A DNA stretch of 64,000 nucleotides from an uncultured Nitrososphaerota archaeon (GTDB lineage Archaea > Thermoproteota > Nitrososphaeria > Nitrososphaerales > Gagatemarchaeaceae): assembly GCA_963718895.1 (NCBI GenBank), contig CAVRAG010000007.1, positions 320,001 to 384,000 on the forward strand. Reading direction: 5' to 3'. The translations under genes and the position numbers were made by a program. Under the pieces are notes generated by a model. That model was not told the origin of the DNA. It saw only the letters and a list, made by a program, of their open reading frames with translations, and did not search any database. This document shows, piece after piece, positions 31,545 to 41,239 of this stretch (the stretch's first letter is position 1; each line of letters starts with the position of its first letter).

Positions 31545-32150
31545 TCAGATGATGACCAGCCCCTCGTCGAATCGGCTGACGGCGAGGGCGAAGTCCCTGA
31601 GCGCGAAGACGGGAACGATCGGCACCCCCTGCACCTGCTTGACCGGAGAAGCTAGAAGCGTCAGGACGACGGGCAGGACCGGTGACCTGATTTTGGCCTT
31701 CCTCTTGTATCGCGCGGTCCGCTCGGTCTGGCTGGAGGCGACCCGCTCGAGGGTCGGACCAGAGAAGGTCTTTGCCCAGTGCTTGCAGTCGACGGAGAGG
31801 GCGAGCGTCTGCGATTCGGCGAAGATGTCTATCTGTCTCCGGGGTTTCGTGATGACTATGTTGGTCCTCACGAGGTAGCCGCAGGCCCTGAGCACTCCGG
31901 CACAGAAGCCTTCGAACTCCCGCCAGGTGAGGGAGGAGCTCACGGACTCGATGCTCATGCCGCCCCGGATGAGGACGATGGCGGCGAGGACCTGATCGTG
32001 CACAAAGCCCGTCAGCTCCTGCTGGAGGTCCAACCCCATCTGCGAGGACACGTCGGCGAGGACCGCTGACGCCCCCTCCTCCCCGTCCATCTTCCTTGCA
32101 AGGATGTCGAACGGTCTCTCTGGCACGGGCGGCGCTCTGTGGAGATCCAT
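31545..32150 (-). CDS. PD-(D/E)XK nuclease, Mrr/restriction endonuclease-like
   Basis: LTWREFEGFC...GY...RQIDIFA...VDCKHW. Confidence 0.75.
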   Translation of the reverse strand: MDLHRAPPVPERPFDILARKMDGEEGASAVLADVSSQMGLDLQQELTGFVHDQVLAAIVLIRGGMSIESVSSSLTWREFEGFCAGVLRACGYLVRTNIVITKPRRQIDIFAESQTLALSVDCKHWAKTFSGPTLERVASSQTERTARYKRKAKIRSPVLPVVLTLLASPVKQVQGVPIVPVFALRDFALAVSRFDEGLVII

Positions 32151-32260
32151 CTTCTTCGAGTCAAGATGATTCGTGGCCTATTTTAGGAGCACCCGAGAGT
32201 CGGGGAGAGCGCCGGGAGGGCCCTTCGACGAGCCGGCCTAAGGCGAGGCCCACAAGCAGC

Positions 32261-33178
32261 CTAGCCTACCTGTCTCACGGCGTCCTCGAGCGAAGAGGAG
32301 TTCCCGAGCACCACGGCCTTGACGTCCCCGTCGGGGTTGTAGATGATGAAGTCATGGGAGGCGAAGTAGTCGTGCTTCATAGTGGGCAGCTGGGCGCTGG
32401 CCGTGGCGGCGTCGGCGAAGCGGACGACGAACGAGGTCTGCACGTAGTTCTGGAGAGGGTCGACGGAGATCAGGGTGAGTTCACCCGTGCTTACCAGTCC
32501 GGCGTAGTTCTGTATCCCCAGGGCGAAGTGATTCGTCGCGCCCCCGACGGTGTACAGGAGCTGCGGGATGCTCGTGAAAGAGATCATCTGAGGGATCGTG
32601 CTGTTCACCGAGTCGAACGCGATGTCCAGGGTCTGCTCGCCGGTGACCTGTCCGGGGCTGAAGGCAAGGGCGTCCTGAACCGGGAAGAGCCCCGCCCAGC
32701 TCAGCTCTTCCGTCCCGCCCGAGGCGTCGGTTATGTTGTAGAGCGAGGCTGCCCCTCCGTCCTGCTTCTGCCCCGGTGCGATGAACGCCGAGGAGATCCG
32801 AGCGAACGACGAGGGCTTCAAGAAGAGGACGTCGTAGGTCGAGTTCGGGACGGCGACCTCGACGTCGAGGCTGTAGACGACGTCGGAGTTCCGCACCACC
32901 GAGGACGGGTCCGTCATGTTGAGAAGGACGGCCGAGTTGGGAAGTATGGTCTGGTTCGCGTCCCTGATCATCGTGAAGTTCTCGAACCCCATCTGAAGGG
33001 CGATGGCCGGGACGAAGGGCCCCCAGGGGGCAGAGTAGGGGCGAAGACTTCCGGGTATCGTCTGGGTCGTCACCTGAGAGGGTGGGGTCTCGTAGACTGC
33101 CAAGAAGAGCAGGACCAGAGCCAAAAGGGTGGCGACGAACGAGTAGAGGAAGGCTCTGGAACGTCGCCTCTTCTTCAA
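32261..33178 (-). CDS. N-terminally anchored extracellular protein
   Basis: KKRRRSR followed by one TM helix, then a Ser/Thr/Asn-rich body with several N-x-S/T sequons. Confidence 0.7.
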   Translation of the reverse strand: MKKRRRSRAFLYSFVATLLALVLLFLAVYETPPSQVTTQTIPGSLRPYSAPWGPFVPAIALQMGFENFTMIRDANQTILPNSAVLLNMTDPSSVVRNSDVVYSLDVEVAVPNSTYDVLFLKPSSFARISSAFIAPGQKQDGGAASLYNITDASGGTEELSWAGLFPVQDALAFSPGQVTGEQTLDIAFDSVNSTIPQMISFTSIPQLLYTVGGATNHFALGIQNYAGLVSTGELTLISVDPLQNYVQTSFVVRFADAATASAQLPTMKHDYFASHDFIIYNPDGDVKAVVLGNSSSLEDAVRQVG

Positions 33179-33240
33179 CGGTTATCCTGCCGATGGCTTT
33201 CAGATGATTTTATAAGTCTTGGAGCAGGATTTGGGGCTCG

Positions 33241-33594
33241 ATGAACTGGTTCACGCAGGCCGCGAAGGACTCACTCGCCGAAATGGCCATCATCAACCTC
33301 ATCAACCTCCCCATATCGCTGGGCATAGGTTACTACCTCGCCGTGAGCGTCCTTGCCGTCTTCGGGCTCGTGGTCCTTCTCGAGGCGACCGCGCTGATGT
33401 TCATCGGCGGAGCGATGGACCTCAGCATGAGCGCAGGTTCGGCGGCTCTCGCCAAGCTATTGAATCAGAAGCCGGACAAGGGTCTGGAGGGCGACGTCGC
33501 GAGAAGGAAGAGGTTCCGGCGCGCGGTCGTCTTCGTGATGACGGGCGTCTTTCTCCTTGCAGAGTCTCTGGCTCTCGCGTTGCCTTTTGTCTGA
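33241..33594 (+). CDS. Hypothetical 3-TM membrane protein
   Basis: Hydrophobic segments; TTTATAA box upstream. Confidence 0.6.
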   Translation: MNWFTQAAKDSLAEMAIINLINLPISLGIGYYLAVSVLAVFGLVVLLEATALMFIGGAMDLSMSAGSAALAKLLNQKPDKGLEGDVARRKRFRRAVVFVMTGVFLLAESLALALPFV

Positions 33595-33615
33595 AGCTAA
33601 AAAGTGGGGTGGTCT

Positions 33616-36306
33616 CTAGCTAACCTTAGGCCTTCTCATCGAAAGCACTATAGCTATGAGACCCAGAATTATTGCGACTGCTAGAGCTGCGTAGGCTACT
33701 GTGGTCAGTGTGTTGACCGTGGAGTTGAGGTTGTTGACGGTTGTCTGAAGATTGGAGACGCTTCCCGCGAGTGCGGTGACGTTCCCTTCATCAGCTGTCT
33801 GGGCCGCCTGGATTGCTGCCAGGGACTTGCCCGTCGTAGACGTGGAGTTCGCCAATGCTGCGTCGATGTTGTTCACCAGGGATTGGATGACGGTACCGAA
33901 GGACCCGACCGTCAGTGAGCTCGTAGGACCGAACTGTGGGTCGGTCGCGTTGAGAGCCGTTCCTAGGCTCGCCGCGAGTCCTCCCAAGGCAACTCCTCCG
34001 GACTTCGGAGAGGCTGTCTCGTTGTAGAGCTGTTGGTTGATCAGGGTTGCGTTGCTGAACGACCCCTGTTCGAGCGAGGTCCACGGGATGCCCGTGAAGA
34101 GCGTCCTGTAGTAGACCTGACCGGTCACAGTCGGGGTGTACCCGATGGTGTAGGCACCGGTGCCTGGTATGGTGTCGGTGAAAGCGACATCAGTCCAGAC
34201 CTTGTTGTCGGTGCTCTGCTGCAGCAGGACGGCGAATCCGCCGCTGCTGTAGGAGATCGATGGGCTTGTCGAGAACGTGCCCGCGAGGGTGAACGTGTTG
34301 CCGAGGAGGAACGAGGGCACTGTGATGCCGCTGATGGTCGGAGGCGTTATCGTCGGGATTGTTCCGCCGGTTGTGGGTGGGGCGACTCCTGTCTTGTAGC
34401 CCGCTGCTGCAAGGAAGGAGAGAGCCTGTTGGACGTTGTAGGGGTCCGCCTGGATGCTTGGAGTGTATGCCCAAGTGAAGCTCGGGCTGACCTGGGTGAT
34501 TCCCGGTGCAGCGAGACCCTGCAAGAGGTTCTGGATGATCTGGGACCTAGGCACGAGGTAGCTCATGGCTTCCCTCACATTCATGGCTGCGAACGCAGCC
34601 TTTGAGGGGTTGCTTGTACCTAGAGGTGTGCCGGTGCCCGTGCCGAAGTACGGGTTGTGCAGGTTCAATCCCATCTCCTGGAACCCTGAGCTCGGATCGA
34701 CGCTGACTGTGCTGTATCCGCCGATGGACGAGATCTCAGCGATGTCGTCGTTGTTGAAGGTGTACTGCCCATCCATCATGTTGACCTGTCCGTTCTTGAA
34801 CGCTGCGATCGCAGAGTCCTTCCCGGCGATGTAGTCAACGTGGATGGTCTGGATGCCGAACTCGCCGATCTTCTGGAGGCCCGTTGCGTTCCAGTAGCTG
34901 CCGAACCTCACCAAGGTTCCGACTCCGGCGGTGGTGTCGTAGCCTCTGTACATGTACGGACCATCACCGACCGGGCCATATGCCCAGGCATAGCTGCCGT
35001 TCCCGCCGTACCTGGTAGTGCTCCAGGTAACGGTAGTTGGCTTGTTCTGCAGTGTGCTGAAGTAGGCCGTTGCCCACCCGCTGAAGGGTACCTTCTCGTA
35101 GAGGTGCATTGGAAGGGCACCGATTCCCGTCAGTGTCGGGTCGGTGAACGAGTACGCTGCTGGCATGGTGAAGGTGAACGTGGTAGCGCTGGTAGAGGTG
35201 TAGGTCGAGGTGGCCACGAAGCCGCTTGGCTGGGTGTGGAAGTAGGTCCCATTGACCGTGTACCTGGTCGTGCCGTTGAGCAGGGTGAACTTGGTGTTCA
35301 GCCCCAGAAGGGTCTGGTAGGTACCCAGGTTGACCGAGCCCGTCGACGAGACGAGGTTCGCAATCATGTCGAAGAGGTAGTCGTCGGAGGTCACCGCTAC
35401 GCCATCCCAGAAGGTGTGTGGCGCGAACGAGACCGTCCATGTAAGGTGGTCGGACGACGAGGTTATGCTTGTCGCAAGCCCGTCGAAGTACTCGGTGTTG
35501 GTTGGGTTCAGCTCTTCGAGACCCGCAGCGGCCATGCCGTACAGGTACCTGTTGTAGATGGAGTTCGAGGTGCTGGTTGGAAGCTCGTTGACTGAGTTGA
35601 TGTCACCCGTCTCGGCGATGTTAAGGACCGCGTTCGTGGACGGCTGCCCGTTCGACCCCAGCACCTTGAAGTGCTGGACGTCTTGGCCCGTCACGGACTC
35701 GGTGTAGGTCTTCTGCTGGTTCCAGGGGTAGATGTTGGACGCGAAGCCTGTTACCAGGGCCGGGTATTCAATCACGAGCGTCGGCCTCTGCTGCGCGATG
35801 ATGGCGTTCATCTCCTGCGCAAGAGTCTGCCGAGTCGCCTGCGAGAATGAAGCGGCGTACTGGTTGGCAAGCGCGTCGTAGGTCGCGTTGGAGAAGCCCA
35901 TGTAGTTGTTGCCGTTCGGCGCGAAGTCGTCCGTCCTGTAGTTCAGCACGTTGTTGGTGCCGAAGTCAGGTAGTGGAGTCCCTCCACCGAAGCCGATGAA
36001 CAGAGCGTCAAACCCGCCGTCATTGTAGTTGGGTCCCGGCGCCGTGCCGAACGCACGGTTGATCAGGGTCCCAAAGTCGGTGAAGATCAGGTTCACGCCG
36101 ATGTTGGCTGACTCGAACGAGCTCGCGATGATGGATGCCCACTGACGTCTCACCGGGTTAGAGGTGGGGGCAATCAGTGTGAATGAGAAGTACGTTTGTC
36201 CCGCCGCTGTCGCCGCGGGGATTGGAACTGCCGAGAAGATGAGGATGAATGATATTGCTGCTAGAATAGCTCCTGTCGCACTGTCTTCCATTACGGAAGA
36301 TTTCAT
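33616..36306 (-). CDS. Peptide/nickel ABC solute-binding protein (family 5), permuted, with stalk and C-terminal TM anchor
   Basis: Signal peptide, FWDGVAVTSDD, GDGPY, NVREAMSYLVPRSQI, YNVQQALSFLAAAGY, C-terminal TM followed by RRPK. Confidence 0.88.
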   Translation of the reverse strand: MKSSVMEDSATGAILAAISFILIFSAVPIPAATAAGQTYFSFTLIAPTSNPVRRQWASIIASSFESANIGVNLIFTDFGTLINRAFGTAPGPNYNDGGFDALFIGFGGGTPLPDFGTNNVLNYRTDDFAPNGNNYMGFSNATYDALANQYAASFSQATRQTLAQEMNAIIAQQRPTLVIEYPALVTGFASNIYPWNQQKTYTESVTGQDVQHFKVLGSNGQPSTNAVLNIAETGDINSVNELPTSTSNSIYNRYLYGMAAAGLEELNPTNTEYFDGLATSITSSSDHLTWTVSFAPHTFWDGVAVTSDDYLFDMIANLVSSTGSVNLGTYQTLLGLNTKFTLLNGTTRYTVNGTYFHTQPSGFVATSTYTSTSATTFTFTMPAAYSFTDPTLTGIGALPMHLYEKVPFSGWATAYFSTLQNKPTTVTWSTTRYGGNGSYAWAYGPVGDGPYMYRGYDTTAGVGTLVRFGSYWNATGLQKIGEFGIQTIHVDYIAGKDSAIAAFKNGQVNMMDGQYTFNNDDIAEISSIGGYSTVSVDPSSGFQEMGLNLHNPYFGTGTGTPLGTSNPSKAAFAAMNVREAMSYLVPRSQIIQNLLQGLAAPGITQVSPSFTWAYTPSIQADPYNVQQALSFLAAAGYKTGVAPPTTGGTIPTITPPTISGITVPSFLLGNTFTLAGTFSTSPSISYSSGGFAVLLQQSTDNKVWTDVAFTDTIPGTGAYTIGYTPTVTGQVYYRTLFTGIPWTSLEQGSFSNATLINQQLYNETASPKSGGVALGGLAASLGTALNATDPQFGPTSSLTVGSFGTVIQSLVNNIDAALANSTSTTGKSLAAIQAAQTADEGNVTALAGSVSNLQTTVNNLNSTVNTLTTVAYAALAVAIILGLIAIVLSMRRPKVS

Positions 36307-36330
36307 TTTCAAGTTTACGCACGTTCTGCC

Positions 36331-36340
36331 GTATTTATAG
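36331..36340 (-). promoter_or_regulatory. Internal TATA box for the solute-binding protein gene
   Basis: CTATAAATAC on the minus strand about 25 bp before ATG 36306. Confidence 0.6.
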
Positions 36341-36370
36341 CTGTTTACGATGGGCAAATGGGCAGTATTC

Positions 36371-37366
36371 TTATGTGAATTTCTCGGCCAGATGACAGGC
36401 CACGAAGTGGTCCTTCTCCACTTCCCGGAGGGGGGGTTCCTGCTCCTTGCAGACATCGATGGCGTACGGGCAGCGCGGGTGGAACCTGCACCCGGACGGC
36501 GGGTTCACGGGACTCGGGACGTCACCCGCGAGGATTATCCTGTTGATCTGCCTGTCCGGGTCGGGGACCGGGACGGCGGAGAGGAGGGCGATGGTGTAGG
36601 GGTTCAGTGGCTTCTGGAACAAGGCGTCGCTCGGGGCATACTCGAAGATCTTGCCAAGGTACATCACGGCCACCTTGTTGCTGATCTGCCTCACCGAGCT
36701 CAGGTCGTGCGAGATGTAGAGGAAGGAGACCCCTGTCTTAGATTGGAGGTCTTCGAGGAGGTTGAGGATCTGGGCCCTGATGGAGACGTCGAGCGACGAC
36801 ACCGGCTCGTCGGCGACGATGAACTTAGGTTCGGTCGCCAGCGCTCTGGCGATTGATATCCTCTGTCGCTGTCCACCCGAGAACTCGTGCGGATACCGCT
36901 CGGCGTGGTACTCTTCGAGCCCGACAAGATTGAGGAGTCCGTAGACCTTCTCCTTCCACAGCCTCCTCTTCACGTGCCCGTGGATGACGAACGGCTCGCT
37001 TATGATGTCGAAGACGGTCATCCGCGGGTCGAGCGACCCGTAGGGATTCTGGAAGACCATCTGGATGTTCCTCCTCAGGTACCGCGCCTCCTCGGTCTTC
37101 CCGCTCCTAAGCGTCTTGTAGAGGTCCTTGCCCTCGAAGAAGACGGTCCCCGAGTTCGGCTCTTCGAGGTTCATCATGGTCTTCCCGGCGGTGGTCTTCC
37201 CGCAGCCGCTCTCCCCCACCAACCCCAGGGTCTCACCCCGTTGTACCGTGAGCGAGATGTCGTCGACCGCGTGGACATCTCCGACCTTCTTCCTCAGGAG
37301 GATTCCGCGGTCGTAGACAGGGAAGTACTTCACCAGATGGTCGACCTTCAGGAGGGGCTCGTCCAT
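36371..37366 (-). CDS. Oligopeptide ABC ATPase (OppF/DppF-like)
   Basis: GESGCGKT, FSGGQRQR, DEPVS, PSGCRFHPRC. Confidence 0.95.
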   Translation of the reverse strand: MDEPLLKVDHLVKYFPVYDRGILLRKKVGDVHAVDDISLTVQRGETLGLVGESGCGKTTAGKTMMNLEEPNSGTVFFEGKDLYKTLRSGKTEEARYLRRNIQMVFQNPYGSLDPRMTVFDIISEPFVIHGHVKRRLWKEKVYGLLNLVGLEEYHAERYPHEFSGGQRQRISIARALATEPKFIVADEPVSSLDVSIRAQILNLLEDLQSKTGVSFLYISHDLSSVRQISNKVAVMYLGKIFEYAPSDALFQKPLNPYTIALLSAVPVPDPDRQINRIILAGDVPSPVNPPSGCRFHPRCPYAIDVCKEQEPPLREVEKDHFVACHLAEKFT

Positions 37367-38355
37367 CAGTGCGTCAGCTCCTTCTCTAGGGAGAGGCTCT
37401 TCCAGTTGTGGCACGAGACAAGGCTGTTACCGGCGGGCTCCACCTGGGGGACGACCTCCTTGCATATGTCGGTGGCGTACGGGCAGCGCGGGTGGAACCT
37501 GCACCCGGACGGCGGGTTTATCAGGTTGGGGATGTTCCCTCCTATCGGCGCCAGGGCCGACTTCCTGTCGATCCGCGGAACCGCCTTGAGCAGCGCAACG
37601 GTGTAGGGGTGCTTGGGCTCATAGAAGATCGACCTGGTATCGGCGATCTCGGCGACCCTTCCAGCGTAGAGGACGACGACCTTCTTGGTCGTCTCGGCTA
37701 TCACGCCCATGTCGTGCGTGATCATGATGAGACTCATGTCGAGGTCCTTCTGGAGCACCTTCAGGAGTTCGAGCAGCTGGGCCTGTATCGTCACGTCGAG
37801 GTTGGTCGAAGGCTCGTCGGCGATCAGGATCTCTGGCTCACCCGCGAGGGCCCTGGCTATGGCCACCCTCTGTCTCATGCCACCCGAGAGCTCGTGGGGG
37901 TACGCCCTCATCCTAGCCTCTGGCTCAGAGATGCGTACGAGCCCCAGGATCTTCGTGGCCTTGTCGAAGGCGACGTCTTTGGATACGTCCGAATGGGTGC
38001 GGATGACCTCCGTGATCTGCGAACCCACAGAGAGGAGCGGGTTCAGGGAAGTGTTCGGGTCCTGGGTCACGTAGGCTATCTTCCTCCCCCTGATCTTCCG
38101 CAACTCCTTCTCTTTCATTCCGACCAGGTTCACGCCGTTGAAGACCACCTTGCCGCTCACTATCTTTCCGGGCCTCGGGATTATCCCGAGAATGGACAGG
38201 GCGGTGATCGTCTTCCCGGAGCCTGACTCTCCGACCAGACCAAGCGGCTCCTTGCGGTTGAGCTCGAAGGAGACTCCGTCCACGGCCTTAACCACTCCTG
38301 CCTCCGTGAAGAAGTACGTCCTCAGGTCCTCGACTGAGAGCAGTGTCTCGGGCAT
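37366..38355 (-). CDS. Oligopeptide ABC ATPase (OppD/DppD-like)
   Basis: GESGSGKT, LSGGMRQR, DEPSTNLDV. Confidence 0.95.
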   Translation of the reverse strand: MPETLLSVEDLRTYFFTEAGVVKAVDGVSFELNRKEPLGLVGESGSGKTITALSILGIIPRPGKIVSGKVVFNGVNLVGMKEKELRKIRGRKIAYVTQDPNTSLNPLLSVGSQITEVIRTHSDVSKDVAFDKATKILGLVRISEPEARMRAYPHELSGGMRQRVAIARALAGEPEILIADEPSTNLDVTIQAQLLELLKVLQKDLDMSLIMITHDMGVIAETTKKVVVLYAGRVAEIADTRSIFYEPKHPYTVALLKAVPRIDRKSALAPIGGNIPNLINPPSGCRFHPRCPYATDICKEVVPQVEPAGNSLVSCHNWKSLSLEKELTH

Positions 38356-38359
38356 GGTC

Positions 38360-39253
38360 TTACTCCCTCAACCGCGGGTTGAGCGCGTCAGACAGGCCGT
38401 CGCCGAGGAGGTTGAAACCCAGCACGCAGAAGACGACCGCGAGCCCGGGGAAGACCGAGACCCACCACTGCGTCCGCAGCACGTCGAATCCCTCCTCGAG
38501 GAGGAGACCCCAGGTCGAAGTGCTCGGCGACCCGAACCCCAGGAAGCTGATCACTACCTCGGTGAGGATGTTCCCGGCTATGGCCAGGCTGGCGAAGACG
38601 ACCAGGGGCGACATGATGTTCGGGATTATGTGCCTGAACAATATCCGGCTCGTGCTGGCGCCCAGGCCCTTCTCGGCTTGGATGAACTCGTACTCCTTCA
38701 CCCTCAGAATCTCTCCTCTGACGATGTAGGCTATCCCCGGCCACCCAAACAGGCCTAGGATGAGCATGATCAGGGTGAGGCCGAAACCTTCTCCAACCAA
38801 GACCTGGCCCAGCTTAGCGAATACGAGGATGAGGATGAGCAGAGGGATGACCAGGACCGCCTGCGTCACTCCGTAGAGGACGGAGCTTATGATGCCACCC
38901 CGGTAGCCGGCAAGTCCCCCGACGACCAACCCGATGGCGAGGGAGATGGCGGTCGCCCCGAGGCCGACGTACATGTCGTTGAACGTGCTGTGCAGGATCT
39001 CGCTGAAGATGTCAATCCCCGAGTTCTCCGTGCCAAGCGGGTGCGCCCAGTTCACGAACGGAGGCAGGTTCGCGCAGCCGTTGAGGATGCAGGCATAGCT
39101 CCGCGCCGGGTAGGGGGCCGCAAAGGTACCCCACAGACCCATGAACACGAAGACTCCGATGATTACCGCTCCCGCTATGCCGGACTTGTTCCGTCTGAAC
39201 CTTCTCCACGCGACCGCTACCCCGCTCGCAGACCTACGAGGGGGGGCACTCAA
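38360..39253 (-). CDS. Oligopeptide ABC permease (OppC/DppC-like)
   Basis: HPLGT, EFIQAEKGLGAS...RHIIPN, FNLLGDGLSDALNPR. Confidence 0.93.
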   Translation of the reverse strand: MSAPPRRSASGVAVAWRRFRRNKSGIAGAVIIGVFVFMGLWGTFAAPYPARSYACILNGCANLPPFVNWAHPLGTENSGIDIFSEILHSTFNDMYVGLGATAISLAIGLVVGGLAGYRGGIISSVLYGVTQAVLVIPLLILILVFAKLGQVLVGEGFGLTLIMLILGLFGWPGIAYIVRGEILRVKEYEFIQAEKGLGASTSRILFRHIIPNIMSPLVVFASLAIAGNILTEVVISFLGFGSPSTSTWGLLLEEGFDVLRTQWWVSVFPGLAVVFCVLGFNLLGDGLSDALNPRLRE

Positions 39254-40221
39254 TGTAGTCTGACCCTCGGATCAAGGTAGGCGTAGAAGAAGTCGGTGCC
39301 CAGGTTCGCGATCAGAGCGATGACGGTGATGAGCATCGTGATGCCTTGGACGGTCGTCAGGTCCAGCACGTTAGCAGCCTGGACGAACCTGAACCCCAGC
39401 CCAGGCCAGCTGAAGGTCGTCTCGAGCGCCGGTGCCCCTGCCAGCGCGAGAGCGAACGTCAGTCCGACTATGGTGACCACAGGTGTGATCGCGTTCCTCA
39501 GGGCGTGCCTGTACGTGATTGACCTGTCCGAGATTCCGCAGGCCTTCGCGGCGAGGATGTAGTCCTGCCTCAGGGTTTCCAGCATGTTCGCCCTTACAAT
39601 CCTGGCTATCACCGCGACCGAGACTATCGTCAGGACCGCCACGGGGAGAATCGCATGCGCGATGACGTCGAGGGTCGAGGACCCCCACCAATACGGCGGG
39701 TAGATTGAGTATGCGCCGTAAGAGGGAAGCCACCCCAGGTAGAGGGAGAAGACAATTATGAAGAGCTCCCCCAGCCAGAACGTTGGAAGGGATACGCCGA
39801 ATATGGCAGCGGTCGTGACGCCGTAATCGCTTTTCGAGTACTGGTGCTTGGCCGAGTAGACGCCCGCGGGAATCCCGATGGCGAGGCTCAGCCCCAGAGC
39901 AGAGAACTGCAGCTCGAGGGTCGTGGCGACCCAGGAGAAGACCGCCGTGTTTACGTTTCCGAACTGAGGCGAGTAACCGAGGTTCCCGGTCACGAAGTTC
40001 CCTAGCCAGAGGAAGTACCGGGCGTAGAGCGGCTTGTCGAGATTGTAGAACGCCCTGAGCGCGGCGAGCTGGGACGCTGAGAGGTTCTTGAACGAGAGCC
40101 TGATCAGGGAGAGGGGGTCACCGGCGGCGTTGGTAATCAGGAAGGTCACGATGGAGACCGCCAGGAATACTGGTATCATGAAAAGTATCCGGCGGATGAC
40201 GTAGACCCAGAGACCTGCCAT
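39250..40221 (-). CDS. Oligopeptide ABC permease (OppB/DppB-like)
   Basis: YVIRRIL, SLPTFW, QDYILAAKACG, HALRNA, FSWPGLG, LDPRV. Confidence 0.93.
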   Translation of the reverse strand: MAGLWVYVIRRILFMIPVFLAVSIVTFLITNAAGDPLSLIRLSFKNLSASQLAALRAFYNLDKPLYARYFLWLGNFVTGNLGYSPQFGNVNTAVFSWVATTLELQFSALGLSLAIGIPAGVYSAKHQYSKSDYGVTTAAIFGVSLPTFWLGELFIIVFSLYLGWLPSYGAYSIYPPYWWGSSTLDVIAHAILPVAVLTIVSVAVIARIVRANMLETLRQDYILAAKACGISDRSITYRHALRNAITPVVTIVGLTFALALAGAPALETTFSWPGLGFRFVQAANVLDLTTVQGITMLITVIALIANLGTDFFYAYLDPRVRLH

Positions 40222-40270
40222 CTGGGAGGCGTCGCAACGTGTCAGCGATAATAAACATTTTTTCAGACGG

Positions 40271-40591
40271 TCACGCGACGGCCGGGGACGCCAGGGGCGT
40301 CGGTTCTGCCGAGGTCCGTCGCCTGAGGAGGGGCAGCAGGAGCGCGAGGTCGATTACGATGAGAGCCACGACCAGGACCTGAACCCAGTCGAGGGTCAGC
40401 TGGCCCGGGATGCGCGTGGACCCGTCGACCGCGGATGTGATGTAGAAGAACGGGTAGTAGGCCGTGGACGGCGTGAACCCGAGCTCCCTGAAGTACTGCA
40501 GCCGCCCGGCGTCGTCCTGGATGACGGCCCAGAGCATCGCCAGGATAACCAGGTTGGGGATGACTATCTTTGCGACGAGCTCAATCTTCAT
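40271..40591 (-). CDS. Hypothetical 2-TM membrane protein
   Basis: Two hydrophobic helices; TTAAG boxes upstream. Confidence 0.6.
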   Translation of the reverse strand: MKIELVAKIVIPNLVILAMLWAVIQDDAGRLQYFRELGFTPSTAYYPFFYITSAVDGSTRIPGQLTLDWVQVLVVALIVIDLALLLPLLRRRTSAEPTPLASPAVA

Positions 40592-40657
40592 CGGAAGTGC
40601 GCACCCCTCCGAGACTTACTTAAGACTTAACAAGAGACCCTTCGAAGAGTCGAGAGT

Positions 40658-41239
40658 TTGAGCGCTCCCTCGAAGGTCAGCCACGCCGCGGCGTACGCGG
40701 TCATCGTCCTCCTCCTCGTCGGGGCGACGGCCTTCCTCCTCAACAGCAGGATTGGGGGCGTCCAGGTCTACGATGTCTACCCCACCCCGAGCATGAGGCC
40801 GACCCTCGAGGTCGGCGACCTGGTCGTGGTACATGCCGTCCCCTACTCCGACATCAAGCTCGGTGACGTCATAGTCTACTCCCCGCCCATTCCGGGAGGA
40901 GGGTGCGTATCCGAGGTGATAGTCCACAGGGTCGTGAACATCACGAGCGCTGGGCTGATAACGCAGGGCGACAACAGGTTCACCAACCCCCGTCCCGACG
41001 AGCCTCTCAGCTGGCCTCCGGTTACTCCCGAGTGCGTGAAGGGCGTGGTCGTCGTATCGGTCCCCTTCCTTGGGAAGATCTCGGAGGCTTTCCCCCCGCC
41101 TCTCAACTACATCCTAGTTGCGGCCATCGTAGTCGTGATATTCGCGATGGAGCTCTTCAGCGGGAGCAAGGAAGAGGACAAGGAAGCGCAAACATCGAAA
41201 GCCGAGAGTCCTGCAAACAGTACAGGTCAGTCTGCGTGA
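40658..41239 (+). CDS. Signal peptidase I, archaeal S26B type
   Basis: PSMRPTLEVGDLV (Ser), IVHRV (His), TQGDN...D. Confidence 0.92.
   Translation: MSAPSKVSHAAAYAVIVLLLVGATAFLLNSRIGGVQVYDVYPTPSMRPTLEVGDLVVVHAVPYSDIKLGDVIVYSPPIPGGGCVSEVIVHRVVNITSAGLITQGDNRFTNPRPDEPLSWPPVTPECVKGVVVVSVPFLGKISEAFPPPLNYILVAAIVVVIFAMELFSGSKEEDKEAQTSKAESPANSTGQSA

Noticed and set aside
31360-31545. c-di-GMP-I riboswitch-like words (GGCAAAC...GAAA and GGGACGCAAAACC)
   Set aside because: The two halves are on opposite strands and do not form P1-P3; the C/D sRNA explains the region.
31401-31655. 84-aa ORF on the plus strand
   Set aside because: It is antisense to the sRNA and the nuclease gene and has no recognisable motifs.
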